A DNA stretch of 63,984 nucleotides, counting the filler, from Octopus bimaculoides (lineage: Eukaryota), in assembly GCF_001194135.2 (NCBI RefSeq). It is 6 parts of 5 records of this genome, joined end to end, with 100 filler letters (N's around TTAATTAATTAA, not from the genome) between each part and the next. Parts side by side here need not be neighbours in the genome. Positions count along the whole stretch, not along the records: positions 6,650 to 12,719 come from NC_068983.1; positions 12,820 to 34,366 come from NC_068983.1; 4 more parts are not named here. One strand, written 5' to 3'. Positions 12,078 through 24,040 of the stretch are shown here, piece after piece. Both the position numbers and the translations under genes were made by a program. Position 1 is the stretch's first letter, and each line of letters opens with the position of its first letter. The notes beneath the pieces are model-generated. The model was given only the letters and a program-made list of their open reading frames with translations, made no database searches and was not told where the DNA came from.

Positions 12078-12680
12078 TTTCCTGGGGCTACAGCAACAGT
12101 AACATCGTCCTTTACAGGACTGCCACGTTTTGCTACCATATAAGCATTACTATCCGGCACGGTTATGGTATATCTCTCGCTCAGAGATATAGAATAAGTT
12201 GTTTTTCTCTATAACAGATCAGCAACTGTGTGTCGCTTAAAAAATATATATATAGTATTTGCAAGCGGAGAGAACTTTCGTCACTACCTTTTGGTTGTCT
12301 TACACTGAGGACAGATAACGTCCACAAACCTAGGCATTTGAGTATCACGCAAGGCTATAGATGTGAGCAATAACCTCCCTTGCAATTAGTATACGGACAC
12401 AAACTGGGTGCCGATAGCCAGCTGGAAAAAATGTTTTCCTGGGGCTAAAACAACAGTAGCATCATACTTTATAGGAATGCTACATTCTGTTGGCATATAA
12501 ATATTACTATTTTTTTTTTCTCCGTGTTTTTCTCCTTGTCTCCGTATTCTTTCTGTTGAAGAGCGTAGCTCGAAACGTCAAAGACTTTCCGTATTCCCGA
12601 GCGTCATACTAATATATCCTTTTGTTATTTACACCACCTGTCCTCGTCTGTTGTTATTATTTGTATATTCTCCCATATAT
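12078..12680 (+). mobile_element. Penelope-like element terminal repeat (pLTR) composite
   Basis: ~75-bp direct repeat (12078-12153 / 12435-12510), T-rich tract, hammerhead-like motif at 12548-12584. The terminal segment tacaccacctgtcctcgtctgttgtt..ctccc recurs at 28215, 46690 and 56515. Confidence 0.6.
12548..12584 (+). ncRNA. Minimal type I hammerhead ribozyme-like motif with variant core CUGUUGA
   Basis: TCTTT-CTGTTGA-A-GAGC(GTA)GCTC-GAAAC-GTC-AAAGA. Stem I TCTTT/AAAGA, stem II GAGC/GCTC, palindromic ACGT stem III. Architecture of PLE-associated minimal hammerheads. Confidence 0.6.
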
Positions 12681-13182
12681 ATATATATATATATATATAG
12701 TGTTCAGTCAACGGTCAATNNNNNNNNNNNNNNNNNNNNNNNNNNNNNNNNNNNNNNNNNNNNTTAATTAATTAANNNNNNNNNNNNNNNNNNNNNNNNN
12801 NNNNNNNNNNNNNNNNNNNCACGATTGGTACTCCTTTCTATACTAATACAAGAAAAGAAAACACAGAGTCAATCGAGTGTTCACGACCGAAAAACACACC
12901 TCTAAAGTAAAACGATTCACCCTAGCCTCACTCGTTATTTTTTCGAGTTTTCCAGAAGATTGACGCAAAGCCAGTATCTCCGTTTCCACACTCACATTAC
13001 TTATGAAATAGTGCTAATAGAAGTTGTTCAGAACTTAGCAGAATTGGAAAAAACTTTATCGTCATTCACTTCGGGCACTTTCAAAATATTGGGTTTTTCT
13101 ATAGCTACCAGTTAGGAGGTAAAATTGCATGACTTCCTTTGCGAGACGGTGCGGCAAAGTTTATTATAGATTCTTCTGACAG

Positions 13183-13311
13183 TCTGATACGCCCTACATG
13201 CAGCAACAGATGTTCGACATAACTCCGCAAATCAGCAATGAGAAGAAAATGGAACAAGCGCATGTAAAACGGCTTCGTCGCTCGATACGCAACTCGGACA
13301 CTTCCGGCTGA
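13183..13311 (+). CDS. Candidate terminal exon (SDTPYMQQQMFDITPQISNEKKMEQAHVKRLRRSIRNSDTSG*), protein unknown
   Basis: Acceptor ttcttctgacag, 42 open codons of plausible composition, CpG-rich non-repeat sequence, AATAAA just after the stop. No recognised homology. Confidence 0.25.
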   Translation, partial: SDTPYMQQQMFDITPQISNEKKMEQAHVKRLRRSIRNSDTSG

Positions 13312-13458
13312 CAATAATAAATGACGACAACAATGAAATGTCTGTTCCAAGAGTATTTTTTCCAAATGTTTTTGCTAATTTATATTACAACGTATCTGTT
13401 TACTACAGTGCTAATTGTAACAAATCCTGGTGCCTTCGATAATGATTCTATCGTATTT

Positions 13459-13585
13459 TAGAATAAGTTCTAGGCTTACAAAGAATAAGTCCTGGGGTCG
13501 ATTTGCTCCACTAAAGGCGGTGCTCCAGCATGGCCGCAGTCAAATGACTGAAACAAGTAAAAGAGTAAAAGAGTAAAGAGTAAAG
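13459..13585 (+). mobile_element. 5'-truncated SINE family B with (GAGTAAAA)n-type tail
   Basis: tagaataagttctaggcttacaaagaataagtcctggggtcgatttgctccactaaaggcggtgctccagcatggccgcagtcaaatgactgaaacaagtaaaagagtaaaagagta. Confidence 0.85.
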
Positions 13586-14384
13586 AGAGAGAGTTCAAAT
13601 ATGCTACAAAATACTAGGCAGCATTTTTAAAATGTTATTTTCTGTGCTGAAATGCGCAACAATTCCTCCCTGATTTTTACAGTGACATGTTGTTTATTTT
13701 ATTTTTTTTAATTTTTTTTTTTTGAGTGAACTCAGAATCTCGCTCTATTGCTCTCCAGCGCCTGAAAAAGGGCTAATGGAATGTTGTGAATTATTCCCAA
13801 ATATGAGAGAGATGGAAAGCGTGCATGTGACAGAGTGTGGGAGGTGGTGTAATGTCTAAATGTGAGCAAATTAAATATGCATGTGTATGGGTGTGTGTGT
13901 GCGTATGTGTGTATGTGTGTGTATGCGTCGCCATGAACGGTTTGTGTTTTTAAACGGAATGTATTTTTTCTGATGTTATATCTGTTCCTGAATGATGTGT
14001 AAAGTAATTTTGATTTAAGCATCTTAATGAATTCTTTATACTGAAATATATATTGAAGAAGATAAATATGTTCTTTTGAATTTATACGTTTTTGCGTCGT
14101 AACTCCTTTATTATTATATATTTATTTATATATATNNNNNNNNNNNNNNNNNNNNNNNNNNNNNNNNNNNNNNNNNNNNNNNNNNNNNNNNNNNNNNNNN
14201 NNNNNNNNNNNNNNNNNNNNNNNNNNNNNNNNNNNNNNNNNNNNNNNNNNNNNNNNNNNNNNNNNNNNNNNNNNNNNNNNNNNNNNNNNNNNNNNATATA
14301 TACATACACACATATATACATATACAGACAAGCACCAGGGACACACGACTACATGAACTAAAGGATACACTCATTACCATGAAC

Positions 14385-14935
14385 TATCAACCATCACTAA
14401 TTGATATAGGCTTTCAATGTGCCCTACATCTCAACTTCCACGAACTCAGACATCTCAAATTAAAGAAGGGTGTACAATGATATTCTATGAAAAATCTCCT
14501 AACACAAGCCTAAGTACGCTCGACAAGAACACTGAAGCCGTCAGTAAAAAAATTGCGGTAGACCTAACTGTGTGATATGCATCAACCTAATTGAGGGATC
14601 GGAGTTCTCTTTCAAACAGAGTCAACGTTTTACAGTGAAAAACAAGTTCACATATGCTTCAGAGAACCTAATATATGTATTAACTTCCTCTGGTGTCGAG
14701 AAACCAAAAACACTCTACGTCAAAGGATGGCTCAACATAGATCCTAGATCAAAATTCGGGAGCACAGAAAAATTGACCTTAACGCGCACATCGACATTTG
14801 TGACATTATCAGACAACCCAGCTTCGGAATTTCCCCCACCTCTATAAATTCAGGGACGATGTGTCCTGTAGTCAGCGCATTTGGAAGGATTCATATTTTA
14901 TCACAAAATATAAACCCCCTTTTCAATGCCTTAAC
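14385..14935 (+). mobile_element. Decayed Penelope-like element: Cys-rich linker and GIY-YIG endonuclease
   Basis: KNCGRPNCVICINLIEGSEFSFK..FTVKNKFTYASENLIYVL..(frameshift)TLRQRM..PHLYKFRDDVSCSQRIWKDSYFITKYKP follows the PLE linker/endonuclease layout. Frameshifted. Confidence 0.75.
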
Positions 14936-15177
14936 CACAAATGGCACTATTACAAAGGCATTACAATAATACACACGCAAATATTAAAAACGATATATTC
15001 AGAACAGTCTCTAGACATGAATTTATTCAGAACAATTCCAATCACTACTATTACAAACACAACAGGTCACTTTTAGATAACTTGTACATTTAAGAGGAAT
15101 CGAACAACATCCCACTACTGTCATACCACTCCCGTGCTTTTATTATTCTTCCTCTTCTTTTCGCGTGCCATCATCAT

Positions 15178-15241
<64 letters not shown>

Positions 15242-15338
15242 AGCTACTACTGCTGCTTTAACAATCTAGACCAAGATCTCATATCAAATATTAGGACTGC
15301 TACTAACTGCTACCTGCTAACAAGCCCTCTCAGGAGTA

Positions 15339-15379
<41 letters not shown>

Positions 15380-15382
15380 AAA

Positions 15383-15425
<43 letters not shown>

Positions 15426-15439
15426 AAAAAGAGAGAATC

Positions 15440-16200
15440 CATTACAACTGTTGGAAAAAAAACATCAACTAAATAACGAAATCAAATAGAGGTTATCTTC
15501 ATTACTTAGGAAAATAACCAGAGATGATGATAGAAAGAGAATCCTACAAGATCTCGAAAAGTCATGCATGAAAGAATTTGAAATGGAGAAGACACGCCAG
15601 ATTAAGAATTTTATGAAACTCAAAGTTGAGAGAATGAAGACTGACGCCCGTCACCCACCTGTGAAAGCAGTACTTAATGTAAATAGTCGACATCTAGAAA
15701 GTTCTGAAGAAACAGCGCTGACAAAGGTCTCAACTTTGCGACAACCATCAAGCGCATTCCATACTTGGACATAACTCCCCTATTGAAGTGATAGTCATAA
15801 AGATACCAAAAGCTCAGGGAGATTAACAAAGGTGGAAAGTGAGACAGGTACTACAAAAGGCGAAACTTCCCAAACCAAATATCACTGAGGAAGAAACGTC
15901 TGCTATCAAAAGAATACAGAGTGACAATTCCATCATAATATTTCCAGCAGACAAGGGGAATGCTACAGTAGTGATGAACAAGTCTGACTACTCGGCAAAA
16001 CTTATAAAAAAGTTATACAGCAAAGTAAAGGAAGACTCTGCTTGACAACAGGGAGGAAGTTGTCACATATCTTGACCAAGAACAAGGATCCCTTTACACC
16101 ATACAAACAACTGACTCAACTTTACAGTAAACTACAACACATGTACGGTCTTCCTAAGATTCACAAGAGTGTTATTCCATTAAGACCTATAGTAAGCTGT
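15440..16200 (+). mobile_element. Decayed Penelope-like element: N-terminal region and start of RT
   Basis: PKPNITEEETSAIKRIQSDNSIIIFPADKGNATVVMNKSDY and MYGLPKIHKSVIPLRPIVS are hallmark PLE motifs. Stops and frameshifts present. Confidence 0.85.
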
Positions 16201-16212
16201 AGAGATTCGTAT

Positions 16213-16282
16213 GAGAGTGCAACGCGCCGCAGGGAATCGAATTCACGACCTTACGATCGTGGGCTGAATATCCTAAACCCTT
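16213..16282 (-). mobile_element. tRNA-like SINE head fragment (family C-like)
   Basis: Minus strand gggtttaggatattcagcccacgatcgtaaggtcgtgaattcgattccc resembles the head at 59491. Confidence 0.5.
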
Positions 16283-16299
16283 TATAACAGTGGAACTGT

Positions 16300-17260
16300 A
16301 TTGTTCATACAATTTTACACATTTACTTCTCGCTTTTACAAATTAATCGTTTACAAAATTATTTCAATATTGATTATCCATCTAGTGGTTTGATCTGCTA
16401 CACACTCTAGAAATATTAACAGTGGTCAAGTTAGTTTAGCTGAAATCTTTAAATCCATAAAACCAGACCGGATATGTTTCAACTCACCTTTGAAAAACAC
16501 ACTTTTTAAACCATACACGAATAATTTTTTGTTTCCGTTTTTATCAAAGATATTTCCCTTTGATCTATGAACTAATCTATTTCTGGGAAAAGACTGGAAT
16601 TCATATCTTCAAACTTAATATACTTTATATCAAAGGCTCTCACGTTTTGAAATACTTTCATGACTTCACATAGTCACACAGTCACTACTGCCTATCTACC
16701 TACTACTGGTCTCTTACATTATATATATATCCTCACTACTGTTGTAATTTTTACCAATGGCGCACACCGTTTTAAGTATAAATAAACTGCCTGTATGTGT
16801 AATTTTATATATACTTAAAACTAAAGCAATAAAGCAATCGCCACGCAGACGAGAAAAGCAACAAAATCCTTTTACATCAAATACAGCCACTTTTCTAATA
16901 AGAAATCAAATCTAGGGTAATATCGATATAGAAGACGTACATTAAAAGAGCAGGGTAGTTCACGGTTGGAATGTCTCTGCTAAATGGAAATTTTATGTTC
17001 AGCCACTCTTATTGCATCTTCGTCTCTAAGGTGGAGAAACCTCAGATTTAGAAAATACAGTTAACAAAACGTTTCATGTTATACAAATTAGTGCCCACCC
17101 AGAATATTCTGAAACTCCACCAGGCACCAATATCTGGCGAAGGGCCTGCACCATTATCTAGCTTTTCCACAAATGTCGATACAAAGAATTGATTGAACAT
17201 CCCTTGCTTGGCGTGTTTAACATTTTAAACATAGCCAATGGTATTTTGGCCTGGAAACCG
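16300..17260 (-). mobile_element. Possible very old CR1/L2-like LINE remnant
   Basis: Scattered weak echoes of RT motifs only (MFNQFFVSTF; RAFD; FIDQRE; VADQT), in many frames. Confidence 0.2.
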
Positions 17261-17516
17261 GTTTGAGTTTCTCAAATTCACTGCCAATCCTCGACACAGT
17301 ATACTTCATATATACAATAATTAGTACACAGCTAGCAAGCAACCTCTCAAAAGTAATTTTCCCCAATCATTCTGTAAAGTTTTAAATACAGTCGACTGTA
17401 TTCCGATCTGATAGACATTTTGATAAATTCAATTCATGCCATACTTCAGCAGATTATATTCCATACGTACAAAATTTAGTACACTTTTACAAATTTAACC
17501 TTTTTTTTTTCTTAAG

Positions 17517-17551
17517 TCGTAATGTAACTGCGAAGTGGGAACTTCTGTTCG
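17517..17551 (+). CDS. Candidate 35-nt micro-exon (RNVTAKWELLF)
   Basis: Poly-T acceptor ttttttttttcttaag, donor gtaaag, one open frame. Easily a chance match. Confidence 0.15.
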
Positions 17552-18748
17552 GTAAAGACATTCCTCCGCCTCCTGTTAGTGCTTTAACATACATATACCT
17601 GAGCAACAGATCAACAGCAGAATGTGTATTCGGATCACTCAGCCAGCATGTAAAATATTAAATCAAACGACTATATCTTCAAGTATTTATTACCTTAGAA
17701 ATATTCAGTAAATAATTTCTTTAAGAAGGTGATAGACACCTGAAGCAGGCAATCACACTTTGCACATAGCGTGCATTATTAGAAAAGAAATATACTTTAT
17801 TTTCAAAGTATATTCTAAATATAATTCCATGTTAAAATCTCTAATCTAACCTGTCTATTTACAAGCTGCAGCGTCTCTATATCTTCGCTTAGAATAGTGA
17901 AGTAAATCGTATACAAAAGATAAAATGCAATAATTTAAAAGGAATTTAAATTGGTATAGGTGTCTAGCACATTTAAATATAGAAGGTCAATAGAAAGGCA
18001 TTGCATAAGAGAGAAATATAGTTTTAGTCGTAATTTACAATATAAACACAGAAAGCCATTATAAATCAATACAAAATATTTTATTCCGTTTTGTGATTTT
18101 GTTGGTAATAACGAAGATATATATGCTGTAGGCCATTGTCTGATTTTTGTTCGCAATAAATATACAATAAAAGATAAGACGGTTTAAATCACATCCGAAA
18201 ATAAGCAAAAGTTCATACTAAAAACGTATTACATATCAATGATGTAAAAATGCCCATCAGTATGATAGACATTGAGTGAGATTGTTATGGAATATGAGAA
18301 GTGTATAATAACAGGTATCATTAACAGACACAGTAAGACTGAAATTCAGATTCCACACGTTATTAGTCAAACAGCAGGATATTCAAACCCAAAATTACAG
18401 CACCAAAGGAACGTCAGTATGGAAATGTCATACAAAGGGTTCCCTCGTAACCACTTATCCATCATTATGACAGACGTTATAATATATAACATATATAATG
18501 ACAACACCGTAATAAGTAGGGGGTTCATGTGGCTAATTCCTATGTAAATTTCGCGGCCAAATATTCGGAAAATTTGATGAGAATTGAAGAAGACACTTTG
18601 AACAATATAATCCTCAGTGGAAAAAGATCAAAAAGAATGAAACAGCTAGATTAAGAATAAAACTTTGCCATGTAATAAAAACATTTATACAGGGACGTGA
18701 AACTACAACGCATTATATTCACAAAAAAATATTAAAGAAGTGATTATG

Positions 18749-19637
18749 TATTGGGATGTCTCATATATAATGCATGAACTAAATGTTGGAAGGGGACAGG
18801 ATAAACACCCTGCATGAACTTGCTGTAAAAGCAGATAGTAATTTTGCCTTGTACTTATTCTTAGTGCAAGTTTAAAAGAGTGCAGTTCCATTTTAACAGT
18901 TATTTATTCAAATCTGTACTAGAACTAACAAAAACGCATATTCGGCATATTTTGCTTTATGGGTTCAATAAAGGCAACAATGCATTGGAAAGTGCGAGGT
19001 ATGCAGCATATATGGAGATGGCACAATAAGCCTAAGCTAGTGTCAACGGTGGTTGTAGAAATTCCGAGCCAGAAACTACAGCCTAGAATACGAGCCTCGT
19101 CTTGGATAATCTGAAGAGCTCGATGAGGACGTCCTGTGAAACCTGGTGGAAGAAAATCCAATCGTAACTGTTGAGGAACTATCAGAGAAGCTTGGAGTTG
19201 ATCATTCAACTAGTCATTCAAGGCAGCGCTAGAAGAAAAATGATCTTCTTTGGTTTCAAGACAAAGGTGTTCTTCCATCAAGATAAAGCTTGACCACATA
19301 CAGCTAGGATGACATTCCAAAGGCTGGAGCAGTTTGAATGGAAGCGATGTACCACCCACCATAGTCGCCGGACATTGCCCCACCTGGTTATCATTTAGTC
19401 CACTGTCTTCAAAACCGTTTTGACGGAAAAAATATGAATTCTGTACGCGAGGTCAGAACATCACCGGAGGAGTATTTTTCGTCACGGACAAGTGAATTTC
19501 AGAAAAGGAGCCTTGCCAGTCTACCATAGAGATGGAAGAGCATTGTAGAAAATGAAAGAAGAACTTTGTTTATCCAAATTTTGGAGAAAAAAAAAAGAAA
19601 TATAAAAAAAACACATTGCTTATAGGATTACCCAATA
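18749..19637 (+). mobile_element. Internally deleted mariner transposon
   Basis: HIRHILLYGFNKGNNA, YGDGTIS..QRW..KFR, NLVEENPIVTVEELSEKLGVDHST, then FHQDKA*PHTARMT..LEQFEW..HPP*SPDIAP.GYHL..RWKSIVENE. Imperfect TIRs TA-TTGGG / CCCAA-TA. Confidence 0.85.
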
Positions 19638-19850
19638 TGATCATGTCAAACACATATGAATAAATAGAAATCACAGATCGAATTCTAATAGAAAAGTTGC
19701 ATCTTTCATGGGAAACAGCTCAATAGAAGAAGACATGCGTGCCGTATGTACCTTACCTCAATTATATTGGTTTATCTTTCTTCAAAGTACATGCTTTGGA
19801 ATTATGTTGAACATTTTCAAACGGAATCACACTAACGGACAGAGAGACAG

Positions 19851-19889
<39 letters not shown>

Positions 19890-19974
19890 GAAAAAGAGAG
19901 ACATGGACAGACATGCAGCGGAAGAGAGAGAGAAAGAGAGAGAGAGAGATAGTCATACATACAGACAGAGACAT

Positions 19975-20022
<48 letters not shown>

Positions 20023-20054
20023 NNNNNNNNNNNNNNNNNNNNNNNNNNNNNATA

Positions 20055-20129
<75 letters not shown>

Positions 20130-20437
20130 TGATTTCTATCGATATAGGCAGACGTCAGAACACAAATAATCACGTGCACACGCAGATTTCTCAACAGCCT
20201 AATCCTTCCTTGAAGGATGATATGACAAACAACAGCTAATGGACTCTCACACCCAGTTGTTTTACTGCAAGCCTTGACACTAACCAAAGGTATTTCTGAG
20301 TTTCTCTTAGTTTCACTTAGACGGAATGTCATCACGTATGCTAATAGATTAGATATCAATAAATGCTACTACTTCGGTCGAGTTTTTACCTGTAAATTTG
20401 GATTTTTATCCCTGATAATATTATTATTATTATCATT

Positions 20438-20482
<45 letters not shown>

Positions 20483-20898
20483 TTATATACATACATGCAT
20501 ANNNNNNNNNNNNNNNNNNNNNNNNNNNNNNNNNNNNNNNNNNNNNNNNNNNNNNNNNNNNNNNNNNNNNNNNNNNNNNNNNNNNNNNNNNNNNNNNNNN
20601 NNNNNNNNNNNNNNNNNNNNNNNNNNNNNNNNNNNNNNNNNNNNNNNNNNNNNNNNNNNNNNNNNNNNNNNNNNNNNNNNNNNNNNNNNNNNNNNNNNNN
20701 NNNNNNNNNNNNNNNNNNNNNNNNNNNNNNNNNNNNNNNNNNNNNNNNNNNNNNNNNNNNNNNNNNNNNNNNNNNNNNNNNNNNNNNNNNNNNNNNNNNN
20801 NNNNNNNNNNNNNNNNNNNNNNNNNNNNNNNNNNNNNNNNNNNNNNNNNNNNNNNNNNNNNNNNNNNNNNNNNNNNNNNNNNNNNNNNNNNNNNNNNN

Positions 20899-21403
20899 AG
20901 AAACTGCAGTTTACTATCAGGGATTAAATAAATTCTTACATATATATGGTAAGAACTATAAATCAAAATTATAATTCAAAATTTTAAATCCGAGAATGCT
21001 AATAAAAGAATAATTAATTCGATCAGACGGCATCAAAACGATTATCCAAGAATAGCATTTCCTCAAGTAATCCCGCTGAAACGTTAGCACGCCGGGCGAA
21101 ATGTTTAGCGGGATTTCGTCAGCTGTTACGTTCTGAGTTCAAATTCCGCTGAGGTCGACTTTGCCTTTCATCCTTTCGGGGTCGATAAATTAAGTATCAG
21201 TTACGTACTGGGGTCGACGTAATCGACTTAATCCCTTTGTCTGTCCTTGTTTGTCCCCTCTATGTTTAGCCCCTTGTGGGCAATAAAGAAATAAGAAACT
21301 GCAGTTTACTATCAGGGATTAAATAAATTCTTACATATATATGGTAAGAACTATAAATCAAAATTATAATTCAAAATTTTAAATCCGAGAATGCTAATAA
21401 AAG
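20899..21403 (+). repeat. 110-bp exact direct repeat (20899-21008 / 21294-21403) bracketing a SINE
   Basis: agaaactgcagtttactatcagg...gagaatgctaataaaag appears identical twice. The first copy starts at a gap edge. Confidence 0.9.
21078..21293 (+). mobile_element. SINE family A, head-clipped, tail type gtgggcaataaagaaata
   Basis: Near-identical to 61134-61356. Confidence 0.9.
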
Positions 21404-22647
21404 TGTTGACTGCTATTTCTAATTTTCGTTGTGTGGTGAAACAGTTCTTGTTGAACCTTAATTTTAATTTATATATATTAGCTTGCTTTGTAAAGAGGTA
21501 AGGCTGGGTCTTTAACTTACAGATCAAGTCCATATCTATCGAAAAGCATCTTGTGGATATCTTTCTCAAGTCATTTCATTCACTAATTCGTTTCAACAGT
21601 CTCTAGCATATCATTTTGGCCTCTTTCAATATTTGCCACACTTGAATCACCACCTAACTACTCCACGGAAACCAGGCATACTTTCATTGATTTCACCTCT
21701 CGCTTAAAGGCAAAGTTGACCATTTGTGTGTGTTGAACTCAGAGAAACTGGAGCCAGTACACATAAGCCAATGCATTGTATATATCACACTAACCATCCT
21801 GCCACATCGTCTTGTATTGGATATATTTATTTTGAAAAATGATTAGGAAATGGAACTGTCGAGATATATTTGCTAAATTTATTAATTACTTTTGTCAGTC
21901 CCTAGATCAGTTCCTGAAGTGGAAATCCTCTGACGAGAAGTATTCATGCAGTAAACATTGTTCACTTTGAGATGGACTTATCGTTACTATAGATCATGTA
22001 GTATTTTATAATATTTCGTTTTTAAAGAAAGTTAAATGCGATTTCAGGGAGATACGACAGATTTTCAACCAGTGCTTGTCACCACATGGAGCGTTTCTAA
22101 TTTGCAATAGTGTTAGTTCTTTATACGTATATCAACGTACAGTTTTCGTCGCCTGAGCTGCCCACTCAGACTGCGCAATAATAGAAACAAAAATAAACTA
22201 CTACATCACGTAATGGCATTTGTAATTGTAAATTCAGTGAAATATGTTATTCATTTTTACTCTTTACGTCTTTGACTCGTTGTAAACTTAGTTTCCTTGT
22301 TGTTTACAAGAAACCAAAGATTCAAACATTTTTATTACAACCATTTAACGCTTACTACAACATTAAAAACTTATATAATAGTATCCCCACCAACGGCTGT
22401 TTTAAACTGCCGGATTTAAACAATGGCATCATCGCTGTTGTCATCGGTATCATCATCATCATCACCAGCATTGTCAACTTCGATGTCTCCTTCGTACTCC
22501 TCTGTGTCACCTGCATCAGCACCACCGTCATTTCCTCCTCATTATCATGGTAAAAATTATCATTATCATCATCACTTCCAATGTCAGTGTCATTACTATC
22601 ACAAGAAAAGAAGCATACGTATAATGTTAATGATTATAAGTAAAATG

Positions 22648-22695
<48 letters not shown>

Positions 22696-23039
22696 GTTCG
22701 CCACATTACGATCCAGTTAGCATCAGAGAATCTCGGCCCCCAACACTATACAGAAAAGAAATGAAAGCTAAATTATATAATACCCGTATTATTCAGCCCA
22801 AGAATAACAAATGGAAAGTACGTACTTCAAACTTATTACACTAAAACTACGAATAACAAAACGTGCAAAACCAGTTAACACCACAAATTAACGCACTAGC
22901 ACCCTACGAAAATGAGGCCCATCAAAATAAAGGCCGAGCGTTATTCCTCATGTTCCACAAATAAAATTAAAAATGCATAAAGAAACACGTGGGATGTATT
23001 TCAATCATTACACGCTTATTTTACAGAAGTGCGAAACCA

Positions 23040-24040
23040 CAGTTATTAAAATCGATAATGAGGCAATATCAACAGTAAATAACATGAACCTGGCTGTCAC
23101 AGTAATAATAGCCACAGAAATAAATGTGAATTTGTCCAGGATAAATTATATGATATGCGCAGCAGCCTCCGTGGCCAGAAAAGAAGCTAAGCTAGATGCC
23201 CCCTAAAACCCATCCAAACAGGAGCAGCACCAGCCAAGCAAACTTTACGGATAAATAATATCCAGACAAAAATAGGAAGTAAGAGAAAGGATCTGTAAAT
23301 CCTTAATGAAACTAGTAGACAATCAACACTCTCAAGCAACAGGGAAGAGATGGAAAATACTGCATAAATAGAAAATTACAGAACAATGTATACCTGAGGT
23401 AAAAGAACAGCTAAAGGAAGATATCCTCGTCAAAGCACAAACAACCCTGCGGTGTGAGAAGACGATAGCAAGGAAAGCCACTTCATGGTAAAATACTGGG
23501 TTAAACTACACAGAAGAGAAATAGACATAAGAAAACCCCATCAAAGTTTGAGAAGCTCAGGCCCCATGGCAGCACAATATCAAAGCCTTCCCTCAAGAAA
23601 TTACCAATAACGTGTAATGAAATGCATTAAGTAATTGCAGAATAGTTGGGGATTGACAAGAAACAATAAATCATATTGACTCTGGCTGCCCAGTCCACAA
23701 AGAGTATATTTATAGACACGACGAAGAAGGGACCTATATACACTGGAAGCTAAGCCAACGCTATGGAATAACAAGAGAAAATGACGGTATAGGAACATGC
23801 CAGAAAAGGACAACGAATATGAGAAAGCAACCACACTCTGGGATAGGTCGATACATACGGAGGGAGAAATGCTGTACAACAACAAATATGCCGGATATAG
23901 TTGTCAGAGATCAGCAAGAAAAACGTACTTTCTAATCGATACATCTATTCCAACCGATGACAAAGTTTCTCGAAAAGAAGCGGAGAAACTTTCAAAATAC
24001 AAAGACATGGAAGTAGAAGTAATTCTAATCTGGAAATAGA
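23040..24040 (+). mobile_element. Decayed R4/Dong-clade element with the RT domain missing
   Basis: N-terminal motifs (INYMICAAASV; RINNIQTKIGSKRKDL; KEQLKEDILVKAQ) joined at ~23560 to C-terminal MAAQYQSLPSRNYQ..CRI..ETINHIDSGC..YRHD..YIHWKL..LWDRSIHT..LIDTSIPTDDKVSRKEAEKLSKYKDMEVEV, collinear with 53730-54200. May extend upstream to ~22800. Confidence 0.7.

Noticed and set aside
18272-18600. ORF with KGFPRNHL..IYNIYND, faintly like the RT GVPQGS..IYIND motif
   Set aside because: Similarity is too weak and no YADD follows in frame. Not enough for a call.
19108-19142. CTGAAGAG...GAAAC hammerhead-like string
   Set aside because: Lies within mariner coding sequence (EELDEDVL) and has no consistent stems I/III.
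21899-21950. Exon-like segments SLDQFLKWKSSDEKYSC (21899-21950) and FSTVQNEFRLMNRSYDQLLTVPPYIE (30156-30235)
   Set aside because: Short, with at least one weak splice site, no phase-compatible chain and no recognised homology. Expected by chance in 64 kb.
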